64,000 nt of DNA. It comes from Candidatus Heimdallarchaeota archaeon (GTDB lineage Archaea > Asgardarchaeota > Heimdallarchaeia > JABLTI01). Below the pieces are notes generated by a model. That model was not told the origin of the DNA. It ran no database searches and saw only the letters and a program-made list of their open reading frames with translations. Shown here one piece after another: positions 27,845 to 37,284 of the stretch. Numbering within the stretch: the stretch's first letter is position 1; every line of letters starts with the position of its first letter. Both the position numbers and the translations under genes were made by a program. The DNA is taken from positions 64,001 through 128,000 of the forward strand of contig JABCTZ010000003.1 in assembly GCA_018238155.1 (NCBI GenBank), read 5' to 3'.

Positions 27845-29308
27845 TTAGATATCAGTAATCTTCTTGATATCAAAATCAGAAAATTTGAAGTTTTTAGCTA
27901 ATTCTTTGATCACATCATCCTCTAATGATATTCCAGGATATTTTTTGATTAGTTTCCCTACTCTCTCTTTTGCTCGGTCTCCTATAGACTTTCGACCATT
28001 TGTTATCCATTCTTCTTTCGTTCCTCGATCAACAATAGAGCTAGGAATGTACTGCTCTTTTCTGAACCATTTTAGAGTATGGTCATGTGCTAATAGATGA
28101 GTTGTTTTCTCATCAAAGAGATTCAATAGATCTTTAGCTATTGGTTCATCTCTTTGAGTAATCCCTTCAATAAACTTGTAAGTCATACCGCAGATTTCGT
28201 TATCTATGATAACCTTCTGAATGCTTTGTGTGGTCTCAAAATCTATCATACCAGCTCCTGAAATCATATTCACGCCCTTAATCCCTGCTAACAATGCACC
28301 CATACCTGTTTCAAAACCAGCTTGCATGTCGAGTATTTTTGCATCAGACATACCTAAATATGCGTGAGTAGGAATGTTAAGATATTTCCCAACCTCAGTA
28401 TAGCCTATGTCAAGCATCATCGTATCAATAGAACCCATTGGCGTTGTTCCTTTTCTCATATCAAAAACTGCCGGAGAACCACCCCAAATTACTGGAGCAC
28501 CAGGAGAAACAAGCTGAGTAATAACAACTCCAGCCAAGGTTTCAGCTGCATGTTGGACTATTGAGCCTAAAATTGTTACAGGAGCATTAGCTCCGGTCAT
28601 TGGCATTGAAATGAACTCAGAGGGGATGCCATATTTTGCTGCATCAATAATACTTTGACAGGTTAGGTCGCTCCATTTAAGTGGTGGGGAAGGACAAGCA
28701 TCAAATATTGCCAAAGGTTTTTCGCGCAATTTCTGCTCACTACCTCTAATAGTAACAAGCATGTCTTTCATTTTTGTAAATGATTCTTTTTTGAAAGTAC
28801 CAGTTATAACAGGTTTCTTTGAAAATAATAAACAAATCAAAAGACGATACATGTCCGACACATTTTCCGGAACATCAGAACAAATAATGGCTGTACTTTG
28901 AGCATGGATATACTCTAATTGTTCTACCACTTTTGTAAATTCAACAAAATCCTTGGTGTATGCCTCTCGTATTTCATTTGTTTCTGTATCCAGTACACGT
29001 AATGCTGCAGAACCAGGGTCAAAACAAATATTATCTCCTTCTAAAACAGCTGATTGATTTCCATCTCTATCATACAGTGTTATGGAAGATGGGACACTTT
29101 TCAAAGCTTTCTTGGTAACATCAATAGGTATTTTCGCTCTTCTGCTTTTGGAGTCAACCTCCAAACCATTCTTCTGAAGAAGCTCGATTGCTTCTTTGTT
29201 TTCAGCAAAAAAACCTATTTCTGCAAGGATTTCCATTGCTTCATTAATAACTTTCTTTGTGAGTTCTTTTTCTAGTACTTTTATTGTAGGGCGAATAGCT
29301 GCTTTCAT
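27845..29308 (-). CDS. MttB-superfamily (trimethylamine/betaine) corrinoid methyltransferase, non-pyrrolysine
   Basis: A.EILAEIG, SPPLKW, GANAPVT..G, FDMRKG, DAKILDMQAGFE and IIDNEI; no in-frame amber codon. Confidence 0.9.
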   Translation of the reverse strand: MKAAIRPTIKVLEKELTKKVINEAMEILAEIGFFAENKEAIELLQKNGLEVDSKSRRAKIPIDVTKKALKSVPSSITLYDRDGNQSAVLEGDNICFDPGSAALRVLDTETNEIREAYTKDFVEFTKVVEQLEYIHAQSTAIICSDVPENVSDMYRLLICLLFSKKPVITGTFKKESFTKMKDMLVTIRGSEQKLREKPLAIFDACPSPPLKWSDLTCQSIIDAAKYGIPSEFISMPMTGANAPVTILGSIVQHAAETLAGVVITQLVSPGAPVIWGGSPAVFDMRKGTTPMGSIDTMMLDIGYTEVGKYLNIPTHAYLGMSDAKILDMQAGFETGMGALLAGIKGVNMISGAGMIDFETTQSIQKVIIDNEICGMTYKFIEGITQRDEPIAKDLLNLFDEKTTHLLAHDHTLKWFRKEQYIPSSIVDRGTKEEWITNGRKSIGDRAKERVGKLIKKYPGISLEDDVIKELAKNFKFSDFDIKKITDI

Positions 29309-29316
29309 TTTTTTCT

Positions 29317-29976
29317 TTATCTCCTATAATTACAATCGACTAAATCGCATGTATTACACTCTTTTATCCCTAAGTCTTTTTCTACCTTTTTTCCAATGTT
29401 AATTGCAAACGAAACCGATTTTCTTGGATTCATCATAAATGAAGGCGATAATTTCACATTTATCTTATTAACTGGTAGTAAAGAGAAAATAAGTTGTTGG
29501 CCTTCTTTTACAGACCATCGGCAGTAACCAGGGCTAAATCTTGCAGTATGCTTATTCTCTTGAAGGATCTCTGTATTTTCCTCTAGTATTATTTTAGTTA
29601 ACTGTGAAGCGGTTTCTTCTGCTGCATTGGAAGCGATTGCATCTAAAATCACTCCTTTTGCGAGTTCACCCTTACTCATCAATTTTGAAATTCCATTTTC
29701 TAATGTTTTTGATATTGTACAAACGGCAATAATCGTTCTGTCAGATAGGTCAAAGAGATGTCTTGGCAACAAATCTTTACTCAAGAATATGTCATATATT
29801 GCTTTTGTTTCAATCAATTCTAGAGCCTCTTTTTTCATAACTTCAATGTCTTCTAACAGCTGAGGAGAAGCCTCCTTTGGGACTTTGCCTTTTTGTGAAG
29901 AAGAATTATTACTTCGTAATAATTGAAGTATCTCTTGATTATCTAGCGATATTCCAATTTGCTCTAAAATTCTCAA
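29317..29976 (-). CDS. B12-dependent methionine synthase reactivation (AdoMet-binding) domain protein
   Basis: VCTI, LDAIASNAAE, RFSPGYCRW and MMNPRKSVS; C-terminal CxxC-x3-CxYR. Confidence 0.85.
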   Translation of the reverse strand: MRILEQIGISLDNQEILQLLRSNNSSSQKGKVPKEASPQLLEDIEVMKKEALELIETKAIYDIFLSKDLLPRHLFDLSDRTIIAVCTISKTLENGISKLMSKGELAKGVILDAIASNAAEETASQLTKIILEENTEILQENKHTARFSPGYCRWSVKEGQQLIFSLLPVNKINVKLSPSFMMNPRKSVSFAINIGKKVEKDLGIKECNTCDLVDCNYRR

Positions 29977-29980
29977 ATCA

Positions 29981-30868
29981 TTATCCCTTCAAAATTTCAG
30001 CAATCTTTCTAATATATCGTGGATCAGTTCCACAACACCCTCCAACAACATTTGCTCTGGCATTCACTATCTGAACAATGTCTCGAGCAAAATCCTCTGC
30101 ATTAGTTGGATAGACGGTTTCTCCATTCCTTAACTCAGGCATCCCTGCATTTGGTTTAGCACAGATAGGTAGTTTCGTAGCATCTCGTAATTGAATAATC
30201 AACTTAATCATATCATCACTGCCAATGGTGCAATTTGCTCCAATAACATCTGCACCTGCTTTTTCGAGAATGGTTACACATTGTTCTATTGAGTTGCCCA
30301 TCACAGTGAAGTAGCCACGCTTGGTTTTTTGATAAGTAATCGAAGCAAAGATAGGTATGTTTCCTACTTTTCGCGCAGCAAGAACAGCTGCTTCAGCTTC
30401 TTTGATATCCATCATTGTTTCAATGAAAAAGAAATCAATACCGTTTTCAGCTAAAATCTTCGCTTGTTCTAAGAAATTCTCTGAAAAATCATCAATAGTA
30501 GCTTTCCCTACAGGTGGAAGGAACTTGCCTGTCGGACCGATATCTCCTCCAACAAAACAATTTTCAGGGCAAACACTTCGGACAATTTCCACTGCTTTAG
30601 CGTTATATTCTTCTACTTTATCTCCATGCTGTTGAGCATCAAGCTTGATTCTAGTTCCACCAAAAGTATTGGTAAAAACCGCATCTGAACCTGCATCAAA
30701 GTAGCTCTTGTGAATTTGCTTTACTTTTTCTGGCGCAGTAACATTCCAGCTTTCGGAAGGAGTGCCAGCAGGTAATCCAGTAGAAATAAGCTCAGAACCC
30801 ATTGCACCATCTAATAAAACAACATGTTCATTGATGAGATCAAGTATTGATTTCCTAGCAGTCAGCAA
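29981..30868 (-). CDS. Homocysteine S-methyltransferase domain protein (MetH N-terminal module)
   Basis: LDGAMGSEL, TNTFGG, GDIGPTG, IETM, GANC, KPNAGMP and GGCCGT. Confidence 0.92.
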   Translation of the reverse strand: MLTARKSILDLINEHVVLLDGAMGSELISTGLPAGTPSESWNVTAPEKVKQIHKSYFDAGSDAVFTNTFGGTRIKLDAQQHGDKVEEYNAKAVEIVRSVCPENCFVGGDIGPTGKFLPPVGKATIDDFSENFLEQAKILAENGIDFFFIETMMDIKEAEAAVLAARKVGNIPIFASITYQKTKRGYFTVMGNSIEQCVTILEKAGADVIGANCTIGSDDMIKLIIQLRDATKLPICAKPNAGMPELRNGETVYPTNAEDFARDIVQIVNARANVVGGCCGTDPRYIRKIAEILKG

Positions 30869-30877
30869 GATCCCGCC

Positions 30878-31543
30878 TTAATGTGCCATTAATTCTTTAG
30901 CAAGTTTAACAGCACTAATTGCATTCTCTGCAGTACCATCTGCACCTATTTCAGCAACCCAATTCTTTGATACAGGAGCACCACCAAGAAGCACTTTGAA
31001 ACGGTCGCGGATGTTTTGTTTCACTAATTGGTTTATGAGCTTCTTTTGACCAACCATTGTTGTAGTTAGCAAAGCAGAGATGCATATCAAATCAGCATTA
31101 ACCTCTAATGCTTTCTCAATAAAAGCTGTAACAGAAACATCTGCACCCAAATCATAAACTTCAAAACCTTCTGCAGCAAGCATAGAGGCAACTAAGGTTT
31201 TGCCAATATCATGAATATCGCCTTCAATTGTACCAATTACAACAGTTCCTAAAGATCGGGTTTCAACTTCACTAGAAGATAAATGAGGGGTTAAAATTCC
31301 CATAGCTGCTTTCATAGCCTCAGCACTACGCATCAATTCAGGTAAGAAATATTCTCCTTCATCAAACAAGCTACCAACATGGCGAATGGCATCAGAATAA
31401 GCATCAATAACCGTATTTAGATTCAATTTATTAGCTAGAGCTTGATTAGCTAATTCGCTTGCTTTCTCGATATCTCCTTGAACAATCGCTTTTTTACACT
31501 CATCAAAAATTACCAAATGTTTGTTCCACCTTAAATTTCTCAA
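30878..31543 (-). CDS. Corrinoid (B12-binding) protein, MttC/MtbC-like
   Basis: FDEGEYFLPEL, GDIHDIGK, SALLTTT and GGAPV. Confidence 0.92.
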   Translation of the reverse strand: MRNLRWNKHLVIFDECKKAIVQGDIEKASELANQALANKLNLNTVIDAYSDAIRHVGSLFDEGEYFLPELMRSAEAMKAAMGILTPHLSSSEVETRSLGTVVIGTIEGDIHDIGKTLVASMLAAEGFEVYDLGADVSVTAFIEKALEVNADLICISALLTTTMVGQKKLINQLVKQNIRDRFKVLLGGAPVSKNWVAEIGADGTAENAISAVKLAKELMAH

Positions 31544-31608
31544 ACAAAACTATTAAGTTAAAGCATCTGTGATAGTTTACCACAATAGAAATAGGTACCA
31601 ATGCTTAA

Positions 31609-32355
31609 CTATTTAGCTTTCGCTCTCTCAAGATAGTCTTGAACCATATGTTCAACGGAGTGATAGTGAAGAGCAATTGACAATTCTTCAAGAGTTCTAT
31701 ATGCAGCATCTCGAATTTCCTTGTTGGAATCATTTTTGTACACATTATGAAGACGTGGGATAAAGCTTACATCATCAATTTTCCCCATAGCCAATGTAGC
31801 AATAAGTCTAAGTTTATCATCACAGGCAGGTTCAAGACACTTTACTAGCAGATCTTTTGTTTCAGGAGTATCAAACGAGCCGATGATTTCCAATAAACAA
31901 GCTTGAATATCACTTGATTTTTTATTATACAATTCCAAAAGCTTTGGTACAATACTCTCTTCTCTCAAATAAATAACCGTTCCAACAAGAACATTGCGAA
32001 TATCATCATCATCTTCTTTCAACAATAAGGGTAGGATCTCTTCAGACTTTATTTGACCACCTAAGAATCGCAATCCACCTGCAGCATTTCTTCTTGTCTC
32101 GAGATCATTGTCTGTCTTTATTATTTCAAGCAAAGTTGGAAGAATGCCTTTTCCTCCTAAAAGCGAAAGAGACATAACAACCGCTCTTCTAACCTCAACA
32201 ATCGTTTCATCTTTAAGGAGAGCTAATAAAAGAGGAACAGCCGATTTTGTCATATTTCTACCAAGCGCTTCAACTGCTGCTCGTCGCTTGTTGGGGTCAG
32301 AATCTTTAAGCAAATCAATATTCTTAGCAACATTAAAACTTGGCATAATAATCAT
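31609..32355 (-). CDS. HEAT/PBS-lyase repeat protein
   Basis: Repeats of D...[VR]RxAAxxALG. Confidence 0.85.
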   Translation of the reverse strand: MIIMPSFNVAKNIDLLKDSDPNKRRAAVEALGRNMTKSAVPLLLALLKDETIVEVRRAVVMSLSLLGGKGILPTLLEIIKTDNDLETRRNAAGGLRFLGGQIKSEEILPLLLKEDDDDIRNVLVGTVIYLREESIVPKLLELYNKKSSDIQACLLEIIGSFDTPETKDLLVKCLEPACDDKLRLIATLAMGKIDDVSFIPRLHNVYKNDSNKEIRDAAYRTLEELSIALHYHSVEHMVQDYLERAKAK

Positions 32356-32535
32356 CTGCTAAAATAAAATATACTACACTTTTTTAGTTTATCCTTTGTG
32401 ATGCATAATTTAATTCTCTTTTTTAGTCACTGATGATTATTTGGATAAGGAAATCTGCGAAACAAAACTAAACTAACTGCTTTTTTTCTGCCATAATAAC
32501 TAATTCAGTTAATCAATAGTTAAGATATATTAAAC

Positions 32536-32817
32536 TTAAGGAAACAGAGGAGGAAAGTCACCCGGTAAATTACCAAACATCTTTACCATAAACACTATTA
32601 TGAATATAACAACAACAATAGAAAGAATAAAAAATAATATTTTAAAAATAGTTGAGGTTTTATTACACTCAGGACAAAGCCATCCTCCTCCTCCACCATC
32701 TCTACTACTTCGATGAAAAGCATGATCTTTACAAATATCCTTTTTACATCTCACACAGATCATCCTACTTTCATTTTCACAAAATTCACATCTATGATTC
32801 GACATTGTAAAATCCAA
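32536..32817 (-). CDS. Small Cys/His zinc-finger protein with C-terminal TM helix
   Basis: CxxC-x7-CxxC-x4-CxxH...CPEC followed by a hydrophobic helix. Confidence 0.7.
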   Translation of the reverse strand: MDFTMSNHRCEFCENESRMICVRCKKDICKDHAFHRSSRDGGGGGWLCPECNKTSTIFKILFFILSIVVVIFIIVFMVKMFGNLPGDFPPLFP

Positions 32818-32954
32818 TTAATAATTAATATCGATGATATTTAAAGATAATTAATTTTAAATCCATATTTCATTATTCAAAAAAATGATTAAAGCATAAT
32901 TGAAAAAAAATTGTTCTGAAGCAATCTTCAAGATATTTCTAATTATAATATATT

Positions 32955-33629
32955 CTATGACATAGTAACACATCTTTCAAAAGTAATAATTAATAGTGGT
33001 TGACCAACATTATTACAGATTATCTTGCGTTCGATAGATGTGTGTATCGTAGAAAGAAAATCTCGTCGTTCTAATTCATCTAATTTATGTGTAATAAAGT
33101 AATACCCATCATCAAGTAAACCTGTGTTGTTGATAATTTGTATTTTATCATTAATCAGAGATGGAATATTTGCAATACAATAATATCTGTCATCTGTAGA
33201 ATTGTAATAAGATAGAATCATACTGGAAATAGATAGTTCAGTTGTATTGAATTGAGTCAAGTTATTATTACTAAAAGCACTAAGAGATGCTGAATAGCTT
33301 AGCTCAAACTCTCTAAGTATTCTTCTCACTTTTGTATCTGCTTCTAATAACATCTCAGATATATTGCGTACAATATCATGACCACTTTTAAATTCAACAT
33401 ATGAATAATAACTTGAAGTAGTGCTAATCTTTTCTAAATCATGGATAATTGATTTTTCTTGTACTGTATCATAATTGTAGCTTATATCAATGCTAGGTGG
33501 AGCAGTACTAAAGTACAATCCCAATGGAATACTAACTGTAGGTACCAATATAATTAGAATAGCCAAAACAATGCCCACATATTTGAGTGGGTGCACTTTT
33601 CTTGTCATAATTACTTCTATGACAATCAT
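32955..33629 (-). CDS. Hypothetical membrane-anchored protein
   Basis: N-terminal TM helix; 224 aa. Confidence 0.6.
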   Translation of the reverse strand: MIVIEVIMTRKVHPLKYVGIVLAILIILVPTVSIPLGLYFSTAPPSIDISYNYDTVQEKSIIHDLEKISTTSSYYSYVEFKSGHDIVRNISEMLLEADTKVRRILREFELSYSASLSAFSNNNLTQFNTTELSISSMILSYYNSTDDRYYCIANIPSLINDKIQIINNTGLLDDGYYFITHKLDELERRDFLSTIHTSIERKIICNNVGQPLLIITFERCVTMS

Positions 33630-33670
33630 ATTTAAAAGGTAATTTAATTAAGGAAATAGAGGATTACTAG

Positions 33671-33986
33671 GAAAATTATTCGTGGTTTATACATTTTCAT
33701 TATGAAAAAGAGAAAAGTAAACTCATTTTTACTACTAACGTTTTTGTTGATGGAAATCAAATAATAACTAAAAAAAAGACGGCAAGAATTTGGCACAGAT
33801 AACTGGCTATTCAACATTAGATTGGGAATTTTCGGAAAAAAAACAGGTGACTTCACATTTACAGAAGTAAAACGGGTAAAAGTTTTCGGAGAATTTGGTG
33901 TGGAACTGACATTCATACCTGATCTTGAACATAAATGGAAGAAGGAACTTGTTTGGAGTGCAGGAAGCGATTTACTAGAGAAATAA
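33671..33986 (+). pseudogene. Startless, frameshifted ORF remnant
   Basis: Two open segments joined at an A8 run (33770-33777); no start codon. Confidence 0.3.
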
Positions 33987-34012
33987 TAGAAACAATTTAC
34001 AAATCAAATATC

Positions 34013-35110
34013 CTATTGCCTTCTTTTATTTTTTAATTCTCGTCTCATAAGCAATAAATCCGTAAACGCTTCTAATCTGGTTTGAAACCCAGCCTCTCCA
34101 GTATGTTCATCCAAAACAAGAGATAAAACCGGCATATCATGTTCTCGACTAACTTGTGGAAAGATACTCCTTGTAATAATCTCTGGCATGCAAGTGAACG
34201 GATAAAGATGGATAATTCCATCCCAGCCTTGTTTTTTATAATTAACAGCATCGCCAAGATTCTGTTGAGTTTCACCACCAACAGTGTGGGGGACATAGGT
34301 CTTTCCCGCACAAATAGCTTTTTCATGATCCATTTTAGCAAAAGGATTTACCTTGTGAGGAAGATCAATAAACTGTCTTAATGAAATAGGTGTTTTGGCT
34401 ATTACTCCAAGATTATTCAAGCTCTTGAAAATATCTAAATTTAAAGAGGGTTCCAAAACAACGTAAATCTCTCCATTAACAATAATTTTCAAAGGCTCTA
34501 AGGTTTTATCAACTTCAACGTTCTCAGAAAACATTTTTGTTATCGTTTTACCTAGCATTCTCAATTTAAACATTCTATCAGTAGCAACTATTTTTTGGAA
34601 TGCTTGTTTAGCAATGCGTTCAGAATCTCCTGTTTCAATTTCGATTGCTCGATATTTACATAAAAGCCTGTCAACTAAATCTGTTAGTCGATTTGTTACC
34701 CACCCATATTGAAAAGCTCTAATTGTTTGGAGGTAGTTTAAACCAACACTAACTTTCTTTGCTTGTCTGATAATATCCAAAGGGCTTTCATAATCAAATT
34801 TAATAAATTTAAAGTCATAACCCAAATCTTCAAGAATAAATTTTTGTGCTTGCCAATAAAACCGAAATCTACAATAACCGCATCCAGCACTCATACCCAA
34901 TTCTGTTGCTCCTCTCTCCAATCCTTCGATAAATGTTCCTAAAGTCATTTTGAAAGGTGTACAAACAAATTCAGGTGAATATCTAGCACCAATTTGAAGA
35001 GTATTCTTACTGGGTTTATTTGGCATGAGAATATCAGTTCGTCCTAACTCACTAAATATTCTTTGAAAGACATATCTAAGGGACCCGAAGGACGGGAATG
35101 TTAACGGCAT
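34013..35110 (-). CDS. 2-hydroxyacyl-CoA dehydratase/CoA-substrate activase-related protein
   Basis: SPEFVCTPFK..LG, GYCRFRFY, GEIYVVLEP, PFTCMPE and DEHTGEAGFQTRLEAF. Confidence 0.85.
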   Translation of the reverse strand: MPLTFPSFGSLRYVFQRIFSELGRTDILMPNKPSKNTLQIGARYSPEFVCTPFKMTLGTFIEGLERGATELGMSAGCGYCRFRFYWQAQKFILEDLGYDFKFIKFDYESPLDIIRQAKKVSVGLNYLQTIRAFQYGWVTNRLTDLVDRLLCKYRAIEIETGDSERIAKQAFQKIVATDRMFKLRMLGKTITKMFSENVEVDKTLEPLKIIVNGEIYVVLEPSLNLDIFKSLNNLGVIAKTPISLRQFIDLPHKVNPFAKMDHEKAICAGKTYVPHTVGGETQQNLGDAVNYKKQGWDGIIHLYPFTCMPEIITRSIFPQVSREHDMPVLSLVLDEHTGEAGFQTRLEAFTDLLLMRRELKNKRRQ

Positions 35111-36101
35111 TTATTTCTTTCCTCCTCTGAAGCATGTCAATAAATGCTTCTAATCTTGTTTTTAATCCTGCTTCTGCAGTCAAATCATCTAAAACAAGCT
35201 GTAATATTTGGATATTGGGCATTCGTTTAGAAAACCTCATAGCCAAATCTCCGACTAAAGAATCAGGACCACAACCAAAAACCATTAAATGAATTATTCC
35301 ATCAACTGACTCTTTCTCAAGAAAATACATTATTGATCCAAGAATTTCTCGCTCAAAATCGAAATAGAGTCTATTCTCTAAGATAGATAATTGTTGATTA
35401 ATAATCGATCTTGGTATCTGTTCAGAAGTAATGACATTAACTCCAAAATTCTTAAGCTTCTTTCTGATATCTAACGAACAGAACTCATCATTAATTACAT
35501 ATGAATGTCCTATTAATGCAATTTTTAGAGGTTTTTCGCCGGGAATTTTTTCCGGTTTAGCATTAAGATGAAAATCATCCCTTGCTTCCCACTCAGTCAA
35601 TGTATCCAAATTAATAATCAAATCTTCATAATGTTGTTTATAGACCTTTATTGCTTTTCTGAAAGCTGTAATGAGTCTGAAAGGATTTTTAGTAAAGATT
35701 AAACCAACCTTGAGTGCTTTGAGAAAGAAAGTTATTTTATTATCTCGACCCTTGGCTATGTTATAATGAGGCATGATAATCGTAGGAAGATCAGGAAACA
35801 TAGAACGTAAAACATCAGCCAAGCCAATAAATTTAGGACAACCCATATCGGTTTTATGTTTGCTCCCAAAACGAGGGATAAAGAGAAAATCAACATCATC
35901 CTTTAGTTCTAAAACATGACCAAAGAAGATTTTAGTTGAATAACAATCCTCGTCAGGTGCAATTGCAATTGCCTTTTCCCTTATCTGTTTATTAGTTAAA
36001 GGTGAAACTACAACTTCAGCTCCTAATTGCTTGAAGAAAGTATCCCACATAGGGAAAAATTTGTAGTAAATCAGTGCACGGGGTATACCCACTCGTTTCA
36101 T
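35076..36101 (-). CDS. Acyl-CoA dehydratase activase-related protein (DUF2229-like)
   Basis: VGIPRAL, CYSTKIFFGH, CPKFIGL, GHSYVIND, FGCGPDS and AGLKTRLEAFIDML. Confidence 0.85.
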   Translation of the reverse strand: MKRVGIPRALIYYKFFPMWDTFFKQLGAEVVVSPLTNKQIREKAIAIAPDEDCYSTKIFFGHVLELKDDVDFLFIPRFGSKHKTDMGCPKFIGLADVLRSMFPDLPTIIMPHYNIAKGRDNKITFFLKALKVGLIFTKNPFRLITAFRKAIKVYKQHYEDLIINLDTLTEWEARDDFHLNAKPEKIPGEKPLKIALIGHSYVINDEFCSLDIRKKLKNFGVNVITSEQIPRSIINQQLSILENRLYFDFEREILGSIMYFLEKESVDGIIHLMVFGCGPDSLVGDLAMRFSKRMPNIQILQLVLDDLTAEAGLKTRLEAFIDMLQRRKEINAVNIPVLRVP

Positions 36102-36390
36102 TGGTATTAATCCTCTTACGGTTTTTTCAAATTATTCTTTAAAATAATGTGCCACATAATTTCAATGGAGTTAAAAAAGGTATTTTATATAATCAAATTC
36201 TTACTAGTACTTGTCATGAGATTTCAAATTAGTTATCCTATAATTAAATCGAAATCAGAAAAAATTTTGTTTTAGTGGAGCAAATGAAGTGCATTATGAA
36301 GTAGCTTTACAATATTCAAACGGTTCAATAGTTGATTTTTTTTATGAATAATTAGGATAGAGAACACTTGGTTAAAAAAAGGGTGAGAAA

Positions 36391-36940
36391 TTGAGCAGAG
36401 AAAGTGAAAGGGAAAAATATCTTGAAACAATTCAACCTTTCATTGGTAAATTTCTAAAATTGTTGCTACAACAGATAATTGGAATGAATCTAAATTTATT
36501 CTCGATTTACTTCAAGAATTAGAGAAAGAGCACCAAGATTTTATTACTCCATTTCTATTTTTATAGAACTCTTACTGTCAATAATTCTGGGGCTGAATTT
36601 TGAACAAGAGGTGTTTCAGATACTCTCAGTTGAAGGATTTGACATAGCACAAAATCTAGTTATTTGTTATAATAATCGCAGAATGGAATTAGATATGATA
36701 GTTTTTCAAGATGAAGAATTGATGGTCATAAGTTGTAGAAATGCTGTAAATGTAAATTGCCTTAGTAGCTTTAAATCAGATATCAAGCAAAAAGCACATA
36801 AGATAGAATATCGAATGCGATTGCTAAATGCAGCTTCTGCTCGACTGTATATCAAAGTGACCAAAGAGAATTATGATCAATTAGTTGAATTCGAAGGAAC
36901 TTGGGTAAATTCGGTAGAAATAATATTTATTGTTATTTAA
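36391..36940 (+). pseudogene. Frameshifted PD-(D/E)XK-like nuclease gene
   Basis: TTG start after GGGTGAG; two frameshifts; C-terminal frame GLNFEQEV...ELDMIV...VISCR has a degenerate ExK motif. Confidence 0.55.
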
Positions 36941-36970
36941 ATTAATTTCTTTATATTTAATAGGATAGAA

Positions 36971-36984
36971 AAAAGATTTAAATA
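36971..36984 (+). promoter_or_regulatory. BRE/TATA promoter of the tRNA gene
   Basis: AAAAGA-TTTAAATA ending 29 nt upstream of G1. Confidence 0.7.
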
Positions 36985-37012
36985 ATTAATATTCTCTGCA
37001 TACATAAGCATA

Positions 37013-37152
37013 GGGCCGTTAGCTCAGCTTGGTAGAGCAATAGGCTCATAAGGCTTGCACTTGCGAGTTCCTGCCTGATGATACCTATTGGTCACTGGTT
37101 CAAGGGATACAAATTGCGATTTGTATCTGAACAAATCCTGTACGGCCCACCA
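37013..37152 (+). tRNA. tRNA with CAU anticodon, probably tRNA-Ile2, with two introns (37051-37082 at 37/38 and 37104-37134 at 58/59) and encoded CCA
   Basis: Spliced form GGGCCGT-TA-GCTC-AGCTTGGTA-GAGC-A-ATAGG-CTCATAA-CCTAT-TGGTC-ACTGG-TTCAAAT-CCTGT-ACGGCCC-ACCA. The GGGCC acceptor and A73 fit archaeal Ile2 better than Met. Confidence 0.93.
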
Positions 37153-37233
37153 TTTTCTTCTTGTTTTGATACAAAATCTGTGTTCTATTTTCATTACTGG
37201 TCGTGTGAGATTGATGGTTGTGTTCCCTTTTTC

Positions 37234-37262
37234 CGCGAATTCAAATCGCGCTGGGCCCACCA
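37234..37262 (+). repeat. tRNA 3'-arm repeat, family 2
   Basis: CGCGAATTCAAATCGCGCTGGGCCCACCA. Confidence 0.75.
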
Positions 37263-37284
37263 AATTCTTACTTTTTATTTTATA

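Noticed and set aside
27845-29308. Pyrrolysine-containing trimethylamine methyltransferase
   Set aside because: The ORF is uninterrupted, with no in-frame TAG.
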